Position numbers and translations under genes: made by a program
Notes under the pieces: model-generated
What the model saw: the letters and a program-made list of their open reading frames with translations, nothing else
Told to the model about the DNA's origin: nothing
Database searches by the model: none
Source of the DNA: Bacteroidota bacterium
Lineage (GTDB): Bacteria; Bacteroidota; Bacteroidia; AKYH767-A; 2013-40CM-41-45
Length of the DNA: 64,000 nt
Assembly: GCA_031367345.1 (NCBI GenBank)
Contig: JANLPR010000118.1
Location: forward strand, 121,591 to 185,590
Reading direction: 5' to 3'
In this document: piece by piece, positions 38,492 through 48,000 of the stretch
How positions within the stretch are numbered: the first letter of the stretch is position 1
Layout: the number at the start of each line of letters is the position of its first letter

Positions 38492-39904
38492 ATGACAAAA
38501 ATTAAATTTGGAACCGATGGATGGCGAGCAATAATTGCTGAAGAATTTACAGTTGAAAATGTAGCAAGAGTCGCAGAAGCTACTGCACTATGGTTGAAAA
38601 AAAACTACAAGGAGCCAAGTGTATGCTTGGGACATGATTGCCGTTTTGCCGGGGAGCTTTTTACTGATACAGTAGCTAAAGTATTATGTGCACATGGCAT
38701 CAAGACATTTTTAGCAAAAGGTTTTGTTTCGACACCAATGATTTCATTAGGAACATTAGAACTTAAATCAAGTGCCGGAATAATAATAACAGCATCTCAT
38801 AATCCACCATCATACAATGGGTTCAAATTAAAAGGCAGTTTTGGAGGCCCTATGTCACCTTCGAATGTGCAAGAAATTGAAGATATCATTCCTCAGAAGA
38901 GTTCAACAGACTTAAAGGGCATAACGATTGATGAGCTCATAAAAAATGGAAAAATAATCATCGTTGATCTAGAAGGGGAATATATCAAAAAGGTGGAAGC
39001 GAATTTTGATTTGGATGCAATTAAAAAGTCAGGGCTAAATCTCGCTTATGATGCAATGTATGGTTCAGGACAAAATGTAATAAAAAAATTATTTCCGGAA
39101 ATTACTATGTTGCATTGCGACTATAATCCGGGATTTCATGGGCAAGCTCCGGAGCCTATCCATAAAAACCTCATCGAATTTTCCAACCTAATTAAAGATA
39201 AAGGAAACATCGATTGCGGATTAGTGACTGATGGTGATGCGGATCGAATTGGAATGTATGACAACAAAGGAAATTTTATTGATTCACATCATATCATTCT
39301 TCTACTAATCCATTACATGGTAAAGTATAAAGGAATAAAAGGAAAAGTGTGTACTGCATTTAGTACAACACCTAAAGTTGAAAAACTTTGTAAACATTAT
39401 GGTCTTCCAATAGAAACTGTGAAAATCGGTTTCAAATATATTTGTGAGATCATGTTAAAAGAAGATGTTTTAGTTGGAGGAGAAGAAAGCGGAGGGATAG
39501 CAATTAAAGGACATATACCTGAGAGAGACGGAATTTGGATAGGTCTTATCATTTGGGAATTTATGGCCAAGAGTGGTAAAAAAATTCCGGAACTTTTTGA
39601 AGAGATTTATGAAATAGTTGGTGCTTTTGCATTTGAGCGAAGTGATTTACATTTAAAGGAAGAAGTTAAACTTAAGGTTGTAAAAAATACCGCAGATAAT
39701 TTCTACAAAAGTTTTGGAAAATATAAAGTAAAACGTATTGAAGATCTGGATGGTTATAAATATTTCTTCGACGACAATAACGATGAATGGCTATTAATAC
39801 GAGCTTCGGGTACAGAACCTGTTTTGAGAACCTATGCAGAATCATTTACAAAACAAGGAGCATTTGAAATTTTGAAAGCAGCAGAAGACACATTGTTAAG
39901 TTAA
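38492..39904 (+). CDS. phosphohexose mutase (phosphoglucomutase/phosphomannomutase/GlmM family)
   Basis: Active-site phosphoserine motif TASHNPPSYNGFK, metal-binding DGDADR, sugar-binding GEESGG. Confidence 0.75.
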   Translation: MTKIKFGTDGWRAIIAEEFTVENVARVAEATALWLKKNYKEPSVCLGHDCRFAGELFTDTVAKVLCAHGIKTFLAKGFVSTPMISLGTLELKSSAGIIITASHNPPSYNGFKLKGSFGGPMSPSNVQEIEDIIPQKSSTDLKGITIDELIKNGKIIIVDLEGEYIKKVEANFDLDAIKKSGLNLAYDAMYGSGQNVIKKLFPEITMLHCDYNPGFHGQAPEPIHKNLIEFSNLIKDKGNIDCGLVTDGDADRIGMYDNKGNFIDSHHIILLLIHYMVKYKGIKGKVCTAFSTTPKVEKLCKHYGLPIETVKIGFKYICEIMLKEDVLVGGEESGGIAIKGHIPERDGIWIGLIIWEFMAKSGKKIPELFEEIYEIVGAFAFERSDLHLKEEVKLKVVKNTADNFYKSFGKYKVKRIEDLDGYKYFFDDNNDEWLLIRASGTEPVLRTYAESFTKQGAFEILKAAEDTLLS

Positions 39905-39914
39905 AATAAATGCG

Positions 39915-40676
39915 ATGGCACACGCCATAGATTACACAATAATTGGCGACGACATGCAAGCCGTCGAAATTGAACTCGACCCAAACGAGGCTGTGAGAGC
40001 CGAAGTAGGGGCTATGCTTTTCATGGAAGATGATATTGAAATGCAAACAGGAACAGGCGGTGGAATTTTCTCTGGCTTGAAAAGAGTAATTGCCGGCGAG
40101 AATTTTTTTATCACAAGTTTTCTCAGTACAGCTACTTCCGGTAAACGTAAAGTGACCTTTGCAGCTCCTTATCCAGGTAAGATAATACCAATTAATTTGG
40201 TTGAAGTCGGAGGTAGTTTCCTTTGCCAACGCGATGGCTTTTTATGCGCTGCCCAAGGAATAGACATTTCAGTTGAATTCACAAAACGAATTGGCGCAGG
40301 ATTATTTGGTGGAGAAGGATTTATTCTTCAGCGACTCAGTGGCGATGGAAAAGTTTTTATTCATGCCGGCGGTACAGTTATAAAAAAAGAATTAAAACCG
40401 AACGAACGATTAAGAGTAGATACCGGATGTTTAGTTGCACTTCAGCCAACTGTTGATTATGACATCCAGTTTATCGGTGGTTTCAAAAATGTTTTATTCG
40501 GTGGGGAAGGTTTATTTTATGCTACATTAAAAGGACCGGGAATCGTTTATTTACAAACATTACCATTTTCACGATTAGCTGATCGGATAATTACGGCTTC
40601 TAAATGGGGTAATCGAAAAGAAGAATCACGAGGAATTGGAGGATTACTTGAAGGATTGATAAGTGGAAATGAATAA
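39915..40676 (+). CDS. TIGR00266/AIM24-family (DUF124) protein
   Basis: 253 aa with characteristic N-terminus (IDYTIIGDDMQAVEIELDP...AVRAEVGAML). Confidence 0.6.
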   Translation: MAHAIDYTIIGDDMQAVEIELDPNEAVRAEVGAMLFMEDDIEMQTGTGGGIFSGLKRVIAGENFFITSFLSTATSGKRKVTFAAPYPGKIIPINLVEVGGSFLCQRDGFLCAAQGIDISVEFTKRIGAGLFGGEGFILQRLSGDGKVFIHAGGTVIKKELKPNERLRVDTGCLVALQPTVDYDIQFIGGFKNVLFGGEGLFYATLKGPGIVYLQTLPFSRLADRIITASKWGNRKEESRGIGGLLEGLISGNE

Positions 40677-40678
40677 AA

Positions 40679-42928
40679 TCATTGCTTAATAAATGGAAAA
40701 CTTTTTCGAGTACCATCATCGAAAATTGTTTCAAGAATCAAGTATGAAGGCGAAACTCCTGTGAGATCAATTGTAGTTAGCAATTGTGCGCCTATTTCTT
40801 TAATAATTTTTTCGCCAATTGAATTATAAACAGTTATTGAATTTATTTTTCTTTTTCCATTATTATAGACTCTCACTTGGTCTTTTGCAGGATTTGGAAA
40901 AAGATAAATTCCTTCAATTGCATGATCTAATGAAATGACTTCATCTACTGTTAAATAAATTGAATCGGAAGTAGAACTACAGTTAAATTGATTGGTAACA
41001 TCTACAGAATAGAATCCATCGTTTAAAGCAGTAAAAATTTGCAAGTTATTTCCAGGCAATGCAACTGAATTAAAATTCCATTGATAAGAATTCGCGTAAC
41101 TTGATGTTAGAGTATTTCCGTTAACAGTAATTATTGGTGCAGAAGGATTAGGATGAACTACTATACAGTTAACGCGCATCAAAGTTTGAGTACCATGAGA
41201 GTTGATAGCTGTTAATAGAACGGAATATGTACCTGCAGTTGAATAAGTGACAATGGGATTTTGATCTGAAGAAGTAGCAGGAAAACCTCCCGGAAATGTC
41301 CACGACCATGATGTTGCATTCGTAGAATGATCATTGAATTGTACCGAAGAGTTTGCACACACTTGCGAATTGCTAAAGTTGAAACTTACGTTTGGAATAT
41401 AACAATCGTTGACAACCAACGTCACAGAAGTTGTACTTATACTGGTACACGTTTGTGCTGTTAATTGAATTGTATTTGAACCAATAGTTGCGGGAATAAA
41501 TTGGAAAATTGAATCATGCGAAGATGTGCTTTGAATATTCCAAATCTGATCAGAATTGTTGGTCGCTAAGCTTACCAATGAAATTGTATCGCCCAAACAA
41601 AATGAATTTCCAATTGGAGCAATCACTGCGTGAGGAGCTCTGCAATTTAATTCAGCCATCCAAATATCACTATTCCCATGATTGTTAGATACCATGAAAT
41701 TATTACTGTATGAATAGCCAACAAACAAATACTGTCCTGTATTTAATTCTATGATACTTGCAGGTCTATCATTAATTCCACCACCATAACTTTTCTTCCA
41801 TTCAATATTGAAACTACCATCAGTCTTCAAGATCCAAATATCTTCACCCCCAAAATTTGATGCAACATCAAAGTCATTCGATGTTGAACCGCATGCAAGC
41901 AAATACCCTCCGTCAGTCGATTGTTTAATATCGAATACATTTTCCGATTGTGTGCCTCCAAATTGTTTTGAGCGTAGAATTGCACCTAAGCTGTCAACTT
42001 CCAGTATCCAGCAATCTGTACCACCAATGTTCATTGATAGGTCATGATTATTTGATCTGGAATATCCACCAATAATTATATTCTGACTATTATTAATAAT
42101 CATCGTTGTTGATGCATCATAAGATGAACCGCCAAATGTTCGGCTGAAAATCAAATTCCCGGATGAATTAAATTTTAAAAGCAGCCAATCATAGTTCCCA
42201 TAATTAGTAGTGATGTCTCCATCGGTAGAATTAGTTGTTCCACTGCAATAAATATTCCCTTGACTATCTTCCGCAATAGAATACAAGACATCAAGGTCTG
42301 TACCACCAAAGCTGTAACTCCAAACTAAATTCCCCGATACATCAATTTTAAATACCCAAGCATCTTCGTTTCCTTTATTTAATGGTAGATCATTATCAAA
42401 CGAAAAAGATCCACCAGAGACAAGAAATCCTCCGTTAGCTGAATTGCAAATTGAATATGCTAAATCACTTCGAGAACCTCCAAAAGTTCTTTGCCATTGT
42501 ATAGTTCCTAAAGTATCAACACAAACTACCCATGCATCAAAGCCACCTCTGTTGTAAGTTACATCACCATTAGAAGAGCTGGTATATCCTGCAATTATAA
42601 ATTTACCATTACATTCAACAATAGCAGTTGCATCATCAATTCCCGATCCGCCAAAAGAAAATTGGCAGATCAATCTTCCTGAAATATCGTATTTGGCTAA
42701 CCATATATCTGTTGAACCATGATTCGTAGAAATATCTCCATTATTAGAATCAGTATTTCCTAACAACCAGACTTGACCTGTAGACGATTTAATAATCTGT
42801 GAACCAAAATCAGAATTAGTGCCTCCAATACTTTTTGTCCATTCAATAATTGGTGGTGTTGCTGCAATAAGTATCGGATTAGTGATCAGAATGGTTAGAA
42901 AAAGTAATAAAATTGATTTTTTTTGCAT
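40679..42928 (-). CDS. secreted beta-propeller (SBBP-repeat) + PKD-domain protein with T9SS C-terminal sorting domain
   Basis: Signal peptide. ~7 repeats of the F/YGG.. D/S...I SBBP-like blade motif. PKD-like domain (VSFNFSNSQVCANSSVQFND...GTYSVLLTAINSHG). C-terminal FPNPAKDQVRV...ITVYNSIGEKI type-A T9SS CTD. Confidence 0.7.
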   Translation of the reverse strand: MQKKSILLLFLTILITNPILIAATPPIIEWTKSIGGTNSDFGSQIIKSSTGQVWLLGNTDSNNGDISTNHGSTDIWLAKYDISGRLICQFSFGGSGIDDATAIVECNGKFIIAGYTSSSNGDVTYNRGGFDAWVVCVDTLGTIQWQRTFGGSRSDLAYSICNSANGGFLVSGGSFSFDNDLPLNKGNEDAWVFKIDVSGNLVWSYSFGGTDLDVLYSIAEDSQGNIYCSGTTNSTDGDITTNYGNYDWLLLKFNSSGNLIFSRTFGGSSYDASTTMIINNSQNIIIGGYSRSNNHDLSMNIGGTDCWILEVDSLGAILRSKQFGGTQSENVFDIKQSTDGGYLLACGSTSNDFDVASNFGGEDIWILKTDGSFNIEWKKSYGGGINDRPASIIELNTGQYLFVGYSYSNNFMVSNNHGNSDIWMAELNCRAPHAVIAPIGNSFCLGDTISLVSLATNNSDQIWNIQSTSSHDSIFQFIPATIGSNTIQLTAQTCTSISTTSVTLVVNDCYIPNVSFNFSNSQVCANSSVQFNDHSTNATSWSWTFPGGFPATSSDQNPIVTYSTAGTYSVLLTAINSHGTQTLMRVNCIVVHPNPSAPIITVNGNTLTSSYANSYQWNFNSVALPGNNLQIFTALNDGFYSVDVTNQFNCSSTSDSIYLTVDEVISLDHAIEGIYLFPNPAKDQVRVYNNGKRKINSITVYNSIGEKIIKEIGAQLLTTIDLTGVSPSYLILETIFDDGTRKSFPFIKQ

Positions 42929-43218
42929 TTGCTTTCAATTCCGGGGGAGGCACAAATGCAAGATGGCTTCGTTTCTAAAAAGGAACAATTTTATTGGGTA
43001 AACTGCTTAGAAACAAGGGCTAAATGGGTTATAAATGTTATCAGTGAATCGTCATAAAAAAGCACTCTTTTATGGTTAAAAACCAGATTTTAGCGACAAC
43101 TGATTCGTTTTCTTACACAAGCAAGAAAGCAGTCAAAAGATAGTGATCTAAAATAAGAATAGGGGCGTAATAGGACTCAGTTATCGCATTTGAATTTATT
43201 CACCTGATAACAAGATTA

Positions 43219-43308
43219 TCAATCCCGTAAGATTGAAATATCAAAGAAGTCAACCCCGTAAGGTTGAAAAAAATACCCAGCCCCGTAAGGCTGGGTTTCT
43301 TTTTTTTA
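43219..43308. repeat. array of three tandem stem-loops with identical CCGTAA loop and co-varying stems; the last is followed by a T-run (terminator for the 43325..43849 gene)
   Basis: TCAATC-CCGTAA-GATTGA (43219..43236), TCAACC-CCGTAA-GGTTGA (43250..43267), ACCCAGCC-CCGTAA-GGCTGGGT (43275..43296), then TTTCTTTTTTTT. Confidence 0.6.
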
Positions 43309-43324
43309 GGCTTAATCTATCTTT

Positions 43325-43849
43325 TTATGCTATACTCTTTAATCGAACCGAAATAAACAATCTGTATACTCCAAAAATTAATGCAGTATAGAACAAGTCA
43401 CCGGCAATTTGATTCCCAAAAAACGGTATGGCCATGGTATAGCTTTGTAATGTACCTTCCAAATTCATTGGGTATAATTGGATATCATAATACCAAAAAG
43501 GAAGATTCGTGATAAGGAAAAAAACCAGAGAACTAATTAGAGAACTAGCAGCTAATCTAAGTATGTTCTGGTCAGAAGAGGATTTCATTCCAAGCCAAAC
43601 AGTAAATCCGATACAAGCATAAACAGCAGCCATTGAAAAATGAAAACCAAGTACTATATCGGTTAAGAACATTGCAATAAACGGCAATAGAAGAGCAAAC
43701 GTTTTATTCTTAAAATTGGCTCCGGAAAATAATGCCATAGCACCGATTGCTGTAAAATTAAATGGGTGCGGAAATAATCGGGTACTTGCTGCAATGAAAA
43801 TTAAAAAAGCTGCAGGTAACAGCATTGGCTTAATTGACGAGTTCTTCAT
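43325..43849 (-). CDS. small polytopic membrane protein (5 TM), unknown function; possibly an ECF-transporter S-component-like/DUF6580-like fold
   Basis: 174 aa, five hydrophobic helices, no soluble domain. Confidence 0.45.
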   Translation of the reverse strand: MKNSSIKPMLLPAAFLIFIAASTRLFPHPFNFTAIGAMALFSGANFKNKTFALLLPFIAMFLTDIVLGFHFSMAAVYACIGFTVWLGMKSSSDQNILRLAASSLISSLVFFLITNLPFWYYDIQLYPMNLEGTLQSYTMAIPFFGNQIAGDLFYTALIFGVYRLFISVRLKSIA

Positions 43850-43901
43850 TTATTGTTCTTTATATGGCAAAAATAAATAATTTCCCCTCATTAGGAAACT
43901 A

Positions 43902-45056
43902 TTAAGAAACTTTACTTTTGAAAGGATTCCTTTTTTGCCAAATTTCACCCATGCTTCTCTGAAATTTATTCCCCAACCAATCAAATGCAAAATTTGCTAG
44001 TTTGCTTTTTAATTTATAATAATCGTTAAAATAGACCGGCTTACAGCCCAAATTGGCTTTTGCTTCTCGAGCAGTTCTTCCTAGCTCTAATTCACTTTTA
44101 CGATTGAGGATGGCTAACTCCAAAGCATCAAAAAGTATATTGAAATATAAATTGTATTTTTTATTCATTTCATAATTAATACCAATATAGTGAACTTCTA
44201 ATTGTTCTCCATGATCTATATAAGTACTAAAGGCTATCATTTTAGAATTTAAATAATAAGCCACAAATTTAAATTCTTCTGGAAATGTTTTTTTGAACTC
44301 AGAGAAATAATTAGCATCAATCAATCCTAAACAAATAGTTTGTTTTTTACTCACGTTTTCAAATAAATCATAAATGAAATCCTTTGACTGTAAAATTTCT
44401 TCAAGCTTGAGAACTTTTCGCTCAATTTTTTCGGCACCAAACTTTATTTTTTCAGCACGGCGTCGATATTTTTTTGTCAATGAATTTAAATAATCATCCA
44501 TTGAATTCCAATCGCTAGGAAGCGATAAAGACATAGTGAGATCTTTTGAATAATTATGATAATTTATTTTTCTCAAATAACTTCCATGAATATCTTCTTG
44601 AACATCCTTAATCATAATTGCATCCACTTTTCTGAGATTAGCAATTACATCAATTAACGCAAGAATATCATCTGAATTCATCAAAAGTGGATCAAATGAA
44701 AAAGGAGGGAAGCTAACTGCAAATACATTCCCACACATTAAAAGTTTGAGTGGCCTGAAAAATAAAAATGTATCGACAAAAAGAGAAAGGAAAAAATTAT
44801 CAGGTAGGTGAATATTTTTACCGGTTATTGTCACTAATTGAAAATAAATAATTCCGCAAACCTTTCCATCCGAATTGCTGATAATAGCATAACGAAAACT
44901 GATATCTTTTGGATGAGCCTTTTCTAATAATCTTAAATAATCCTTTTCTAAAAAATAATCGCTAAAACCTACCCATCGATTAATACAATTTTCATCATAA
45001 ATTGAATCAAAAAGATCGACTGAAAAATTGTTATGTACAAAATGGTTTATTAGCAC
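43902..45056 (-). CDS. FemAB/CelD-like (Acetyltransf_6-type) GNAT-fold acyltransferase family protein, tentative
   Basis: 384 aa, two-lobed. C-terminal region HYIGINYEMNKKYNLYFNILFDALELAI...GRT resembles the BioF2/FemAB-like GNAT core. No signal peptide. Confidence 0.35.
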   Translation of the reverse strand: MLINHFVHNNFSVDLFDSIYDENCINRWVGFSDYFLEKDYLRLLEKAHPKDISFRYAIISNSDGKVCGIIYFQLVTITGKNIHLPDNFFLSLFVDTFLFFRPLKLLMCGNVFAVSFPPFSFDPLLMNSDDILALIDVIANLRKVDAIMIKDVQEDIHGSYLRKINYHNYSKDLTMSLSLPSDWNSMDDYLNSLTKKYRRRAEKIKFGAEKIERKVLKLEEILQSKDFIYDLFENVSKKQTICLGLIDANYFSEFKKTFPEEFKFVAYYLNSKMIAFSTYIDHGEQLEVHYIGINYEMNKKYNLYFNILFDALELAILNRKSELELGRTAREAKANLGCKPVYFNDYYKLKSKLANFAFDWLGNKFQRSMGEIWQKRNPFKSKVS

Positions 45057-45097
45057 TTCAAGTAATTATAAGTTAAATTGAAGTGCAAAGGAACAAA

Positions 45098-48000
45098 TTA
45101 ATTAATAAAAAAACGTTTCGAAATTGATTTACCAAATATGTCAATTTTTAACAAATATATTCCACTTGAAAGACCTACCAATCTAGTTTGAATATTATTT
45201 TCACCTTTTTCTAAAACGAATTCATCACTAAGTATCTCCTTACCTTCAATGGTATAGATGACGATTCTGGCATTTATATATCCTAAAGAGTTCAAAATAA
45301 TTTTAGGAGCTAAGCCATCATTCGTTGAATTTATTTGAATAATTTCGGAACGACAAGAATGAACAGCAATCACCGGATAAACTTTGAAGTTTCCATCAAA
45401 ATCAAATTGAGTCAATCTGTAATAGTTGATTTGACTCATACTTTCTTTGTCAACAAATGAATAATTATTAAATGAAGATGCAGTACCGTGACCCTTTATA
45501 GAAGCTATGGTTGAAAATTCGAAACCATTAGTACTACTTTCTAAAAGAAAATAATCATTATTAGTTTCAGAAGCTGTTGTCCAATCAAGCGAAATTTCAT
45601 TCTCTTTACAAGCACCTTCAAAACGGATTAAGTCTATTGGCAGAGGTGTATTATTACCTGACAATGTCCACCAATTAGAAATGTCTGTGATACCTGAAGT
45701 TGAATTACCGCTAGCATTTGGAGTTTGAGTTCCGGGCGGAGGATTGGTCCATGATGTTACTTGAAGTATCCAACGTTGCGCTGTAAGTGAAGTAATGGTT
45801 CCAATTTCTGTTGGCGTTGCTTTAAAATTAAGACTTGCATTATAAATAGAACTACCAGTAACTTTCATCGACCAAAATCGATCAACTGTATTGGCGTTAT
45901 TATCCACGCCCGAATTATTTCGAATATGAGTAACAGAAGGAGGCAATGGCAAATTGCTGGCACCTGTATGATATGAACCAACATAGAAACCGGGAGCACT
46001 CCCTGAATTCAAAGTAAAAGTAAAAGGAATATATTCAGTAGAACTAAATCCAAAAGGAATAACATGTGCTCCTAGATTACTTCCAATATTCCACTTTAGA
46101 AGAGCGCTATTATCTTCTGTTTCGGATCTGATATAGCCTGATGATCGTTGAATGGAACTTGTTAGTCCGCTTTCAATTATTAATTTTCGACCACCTCCGT
46201 TTGAAGGATTATGATCATCATCTAAATTTAATTCACCATTGGTAAGAATCAACGCTGTTCTAATAGCTACCGATGAGTCATTCGGCAGATTGGTTAGAAA
46301 AGCAAAATTGATATTTGGAATGCCTTGAAAATTAATATCAAGATTCCCATACTTGTGATATGAAAATTGTGCTTTACCAATTCCAATACCGGTAACAATT
46401 TGATTTGACGTTCCATTGTACTCGATTGTTGAAGTAGATGCTAAATAATAATCGAGATTATCAGATATGTTTGTAGAAAAAGTTGCGTTTGTTGTACCAT
46501 TATACAAACCAAAAGTGTTAGCAGTTTTTATTCGACCAAGGACAGTTATTCCACTATTAGGTTTAAGTGCATTACTAAAAATTTTATTACTTCTAACATT
46601 CAATACACCGCCTGCGTTGACCCATAAAAACTCAGGAGGCGTAGATATACTATTGTTAGAGGCAATTTGCATATCGCCATTCACGATATCCAAAATACAA
46701 CCACTATTTATTGTTTGCTTAACTTGTTGAATAAGATGCGACCCGGACCGATCAAAATTAGTTGTTCCATTTCTTGCAAAATTTAAATAAGCATAAACAG
46801 TACTTATTCCGGGTTTAGTCATAGTGATCACACCTGTTCCGCCAAGAGTGTAGGTTGGCGACTTAACATTCATTATCAAATTCAATGCCGCCGGAGTAGT
46901 AAGGCAATTATCAAAAGTGAATATTCCACCTGTATGAATAAAATTCCCAACATTATCATCATTCGAATTAATGTTCAACGTAATGGTGGCAGATGGTGGC
47001 AGCTCATCGGTTAAAGTATTGTGCAAATAAAATTCACCATTGGTCAAACTAAAGCCCCCTAAAACATTCACGGTACTAGTAGTACAATCACCACCTTTTA
47101 AACTTAGACTTCCATTTGTGATTGTTATGCCACCGTTAATTGTGGCAAAAAGTGTCTGTGAATATGCCGAAAGATAGGTCGTACCACCATCGATATTAAT
47201 ATTACCTGAAACAAACAAAGAGATATTGTGTCCATTTGAGGTAAGAGAATTAACTTCACAATTAAAGCTGTTTGTACCGCCGGAAACTTGCATCGATCCA
47301 AGTGAAATGGATTCAGAACCCAATGATCTACTACTAATAAATGTACCATTAGCACCTGAAATATTCAAACTTCCTGTTATTGATAAGTTGAGCAGTAAAT
47401 TATTAATATCAAAACCGGTGCCTGTTAAACCGATAATATAAAATTCATCAGTTGCTGAAGTAAAATTAATAGAACAGTTTCCATTTACTGTCATAATCCC
47501 TGTACCTCCAGAGTTGTTCGTATTGTGGTATGCCGAAAAATATCCGCCTGAAAAGTCAATACTACCCAATGTAAAATTAAATATCCCGGGATTAGAATAA
47601 ACAGTATTCGAACAACCTTTAAAAACACCAGCCGATTTGGTTAATGCACCAGAGCAATTAAACGTAAAATTTCCTGAACCGGAAAGGATACCTGTAAATT
47701 GCCCACCGGATTGATTGAAAGCAGAAGTAATTAAAGTCAGATTTGATGAACCACTATCTACCAATGCAACACCTTGTCCGTATAGAAGCCCACTATTTAA
47801 GATATTAAAGTTAGGTGAGCTAACAATAGTAGTACCTCCGGCTTTGCTTGCTTTAAAAAAATCAGTCGACACCGACGAATTAAAAGTGAAAGCTGTTCCA
47901 ACTATTATTGAATCTATGCTTGCATTTGAAGAATATATTTGACCTGAAAATTTTCCACCTAAAAAAGAAATATTGCGACCAGTTTTAAGTGTGAAAGACC

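Noticed and set aside
43040-43200. Possible tRNA or tmRNA in the intergenic region near the hairpin array, and a TTCGAAT T-loop-like string at ~62150
   Set aside because: No cloverleaf could be assembled. There is no GTTCGAATC T-arm with matching acceptor stem and no tmRNA tag-peptide reading frame (ANxxYALAA). The smpB gene is elsewhere (26498..26959).
46467-47942. Short + strand ORFs inside the 1419-aa gene, and 65/82-aa ORFs overlapping the giant gene ends
   Set aside because: Antisense frames within long repetitive coding sequence.
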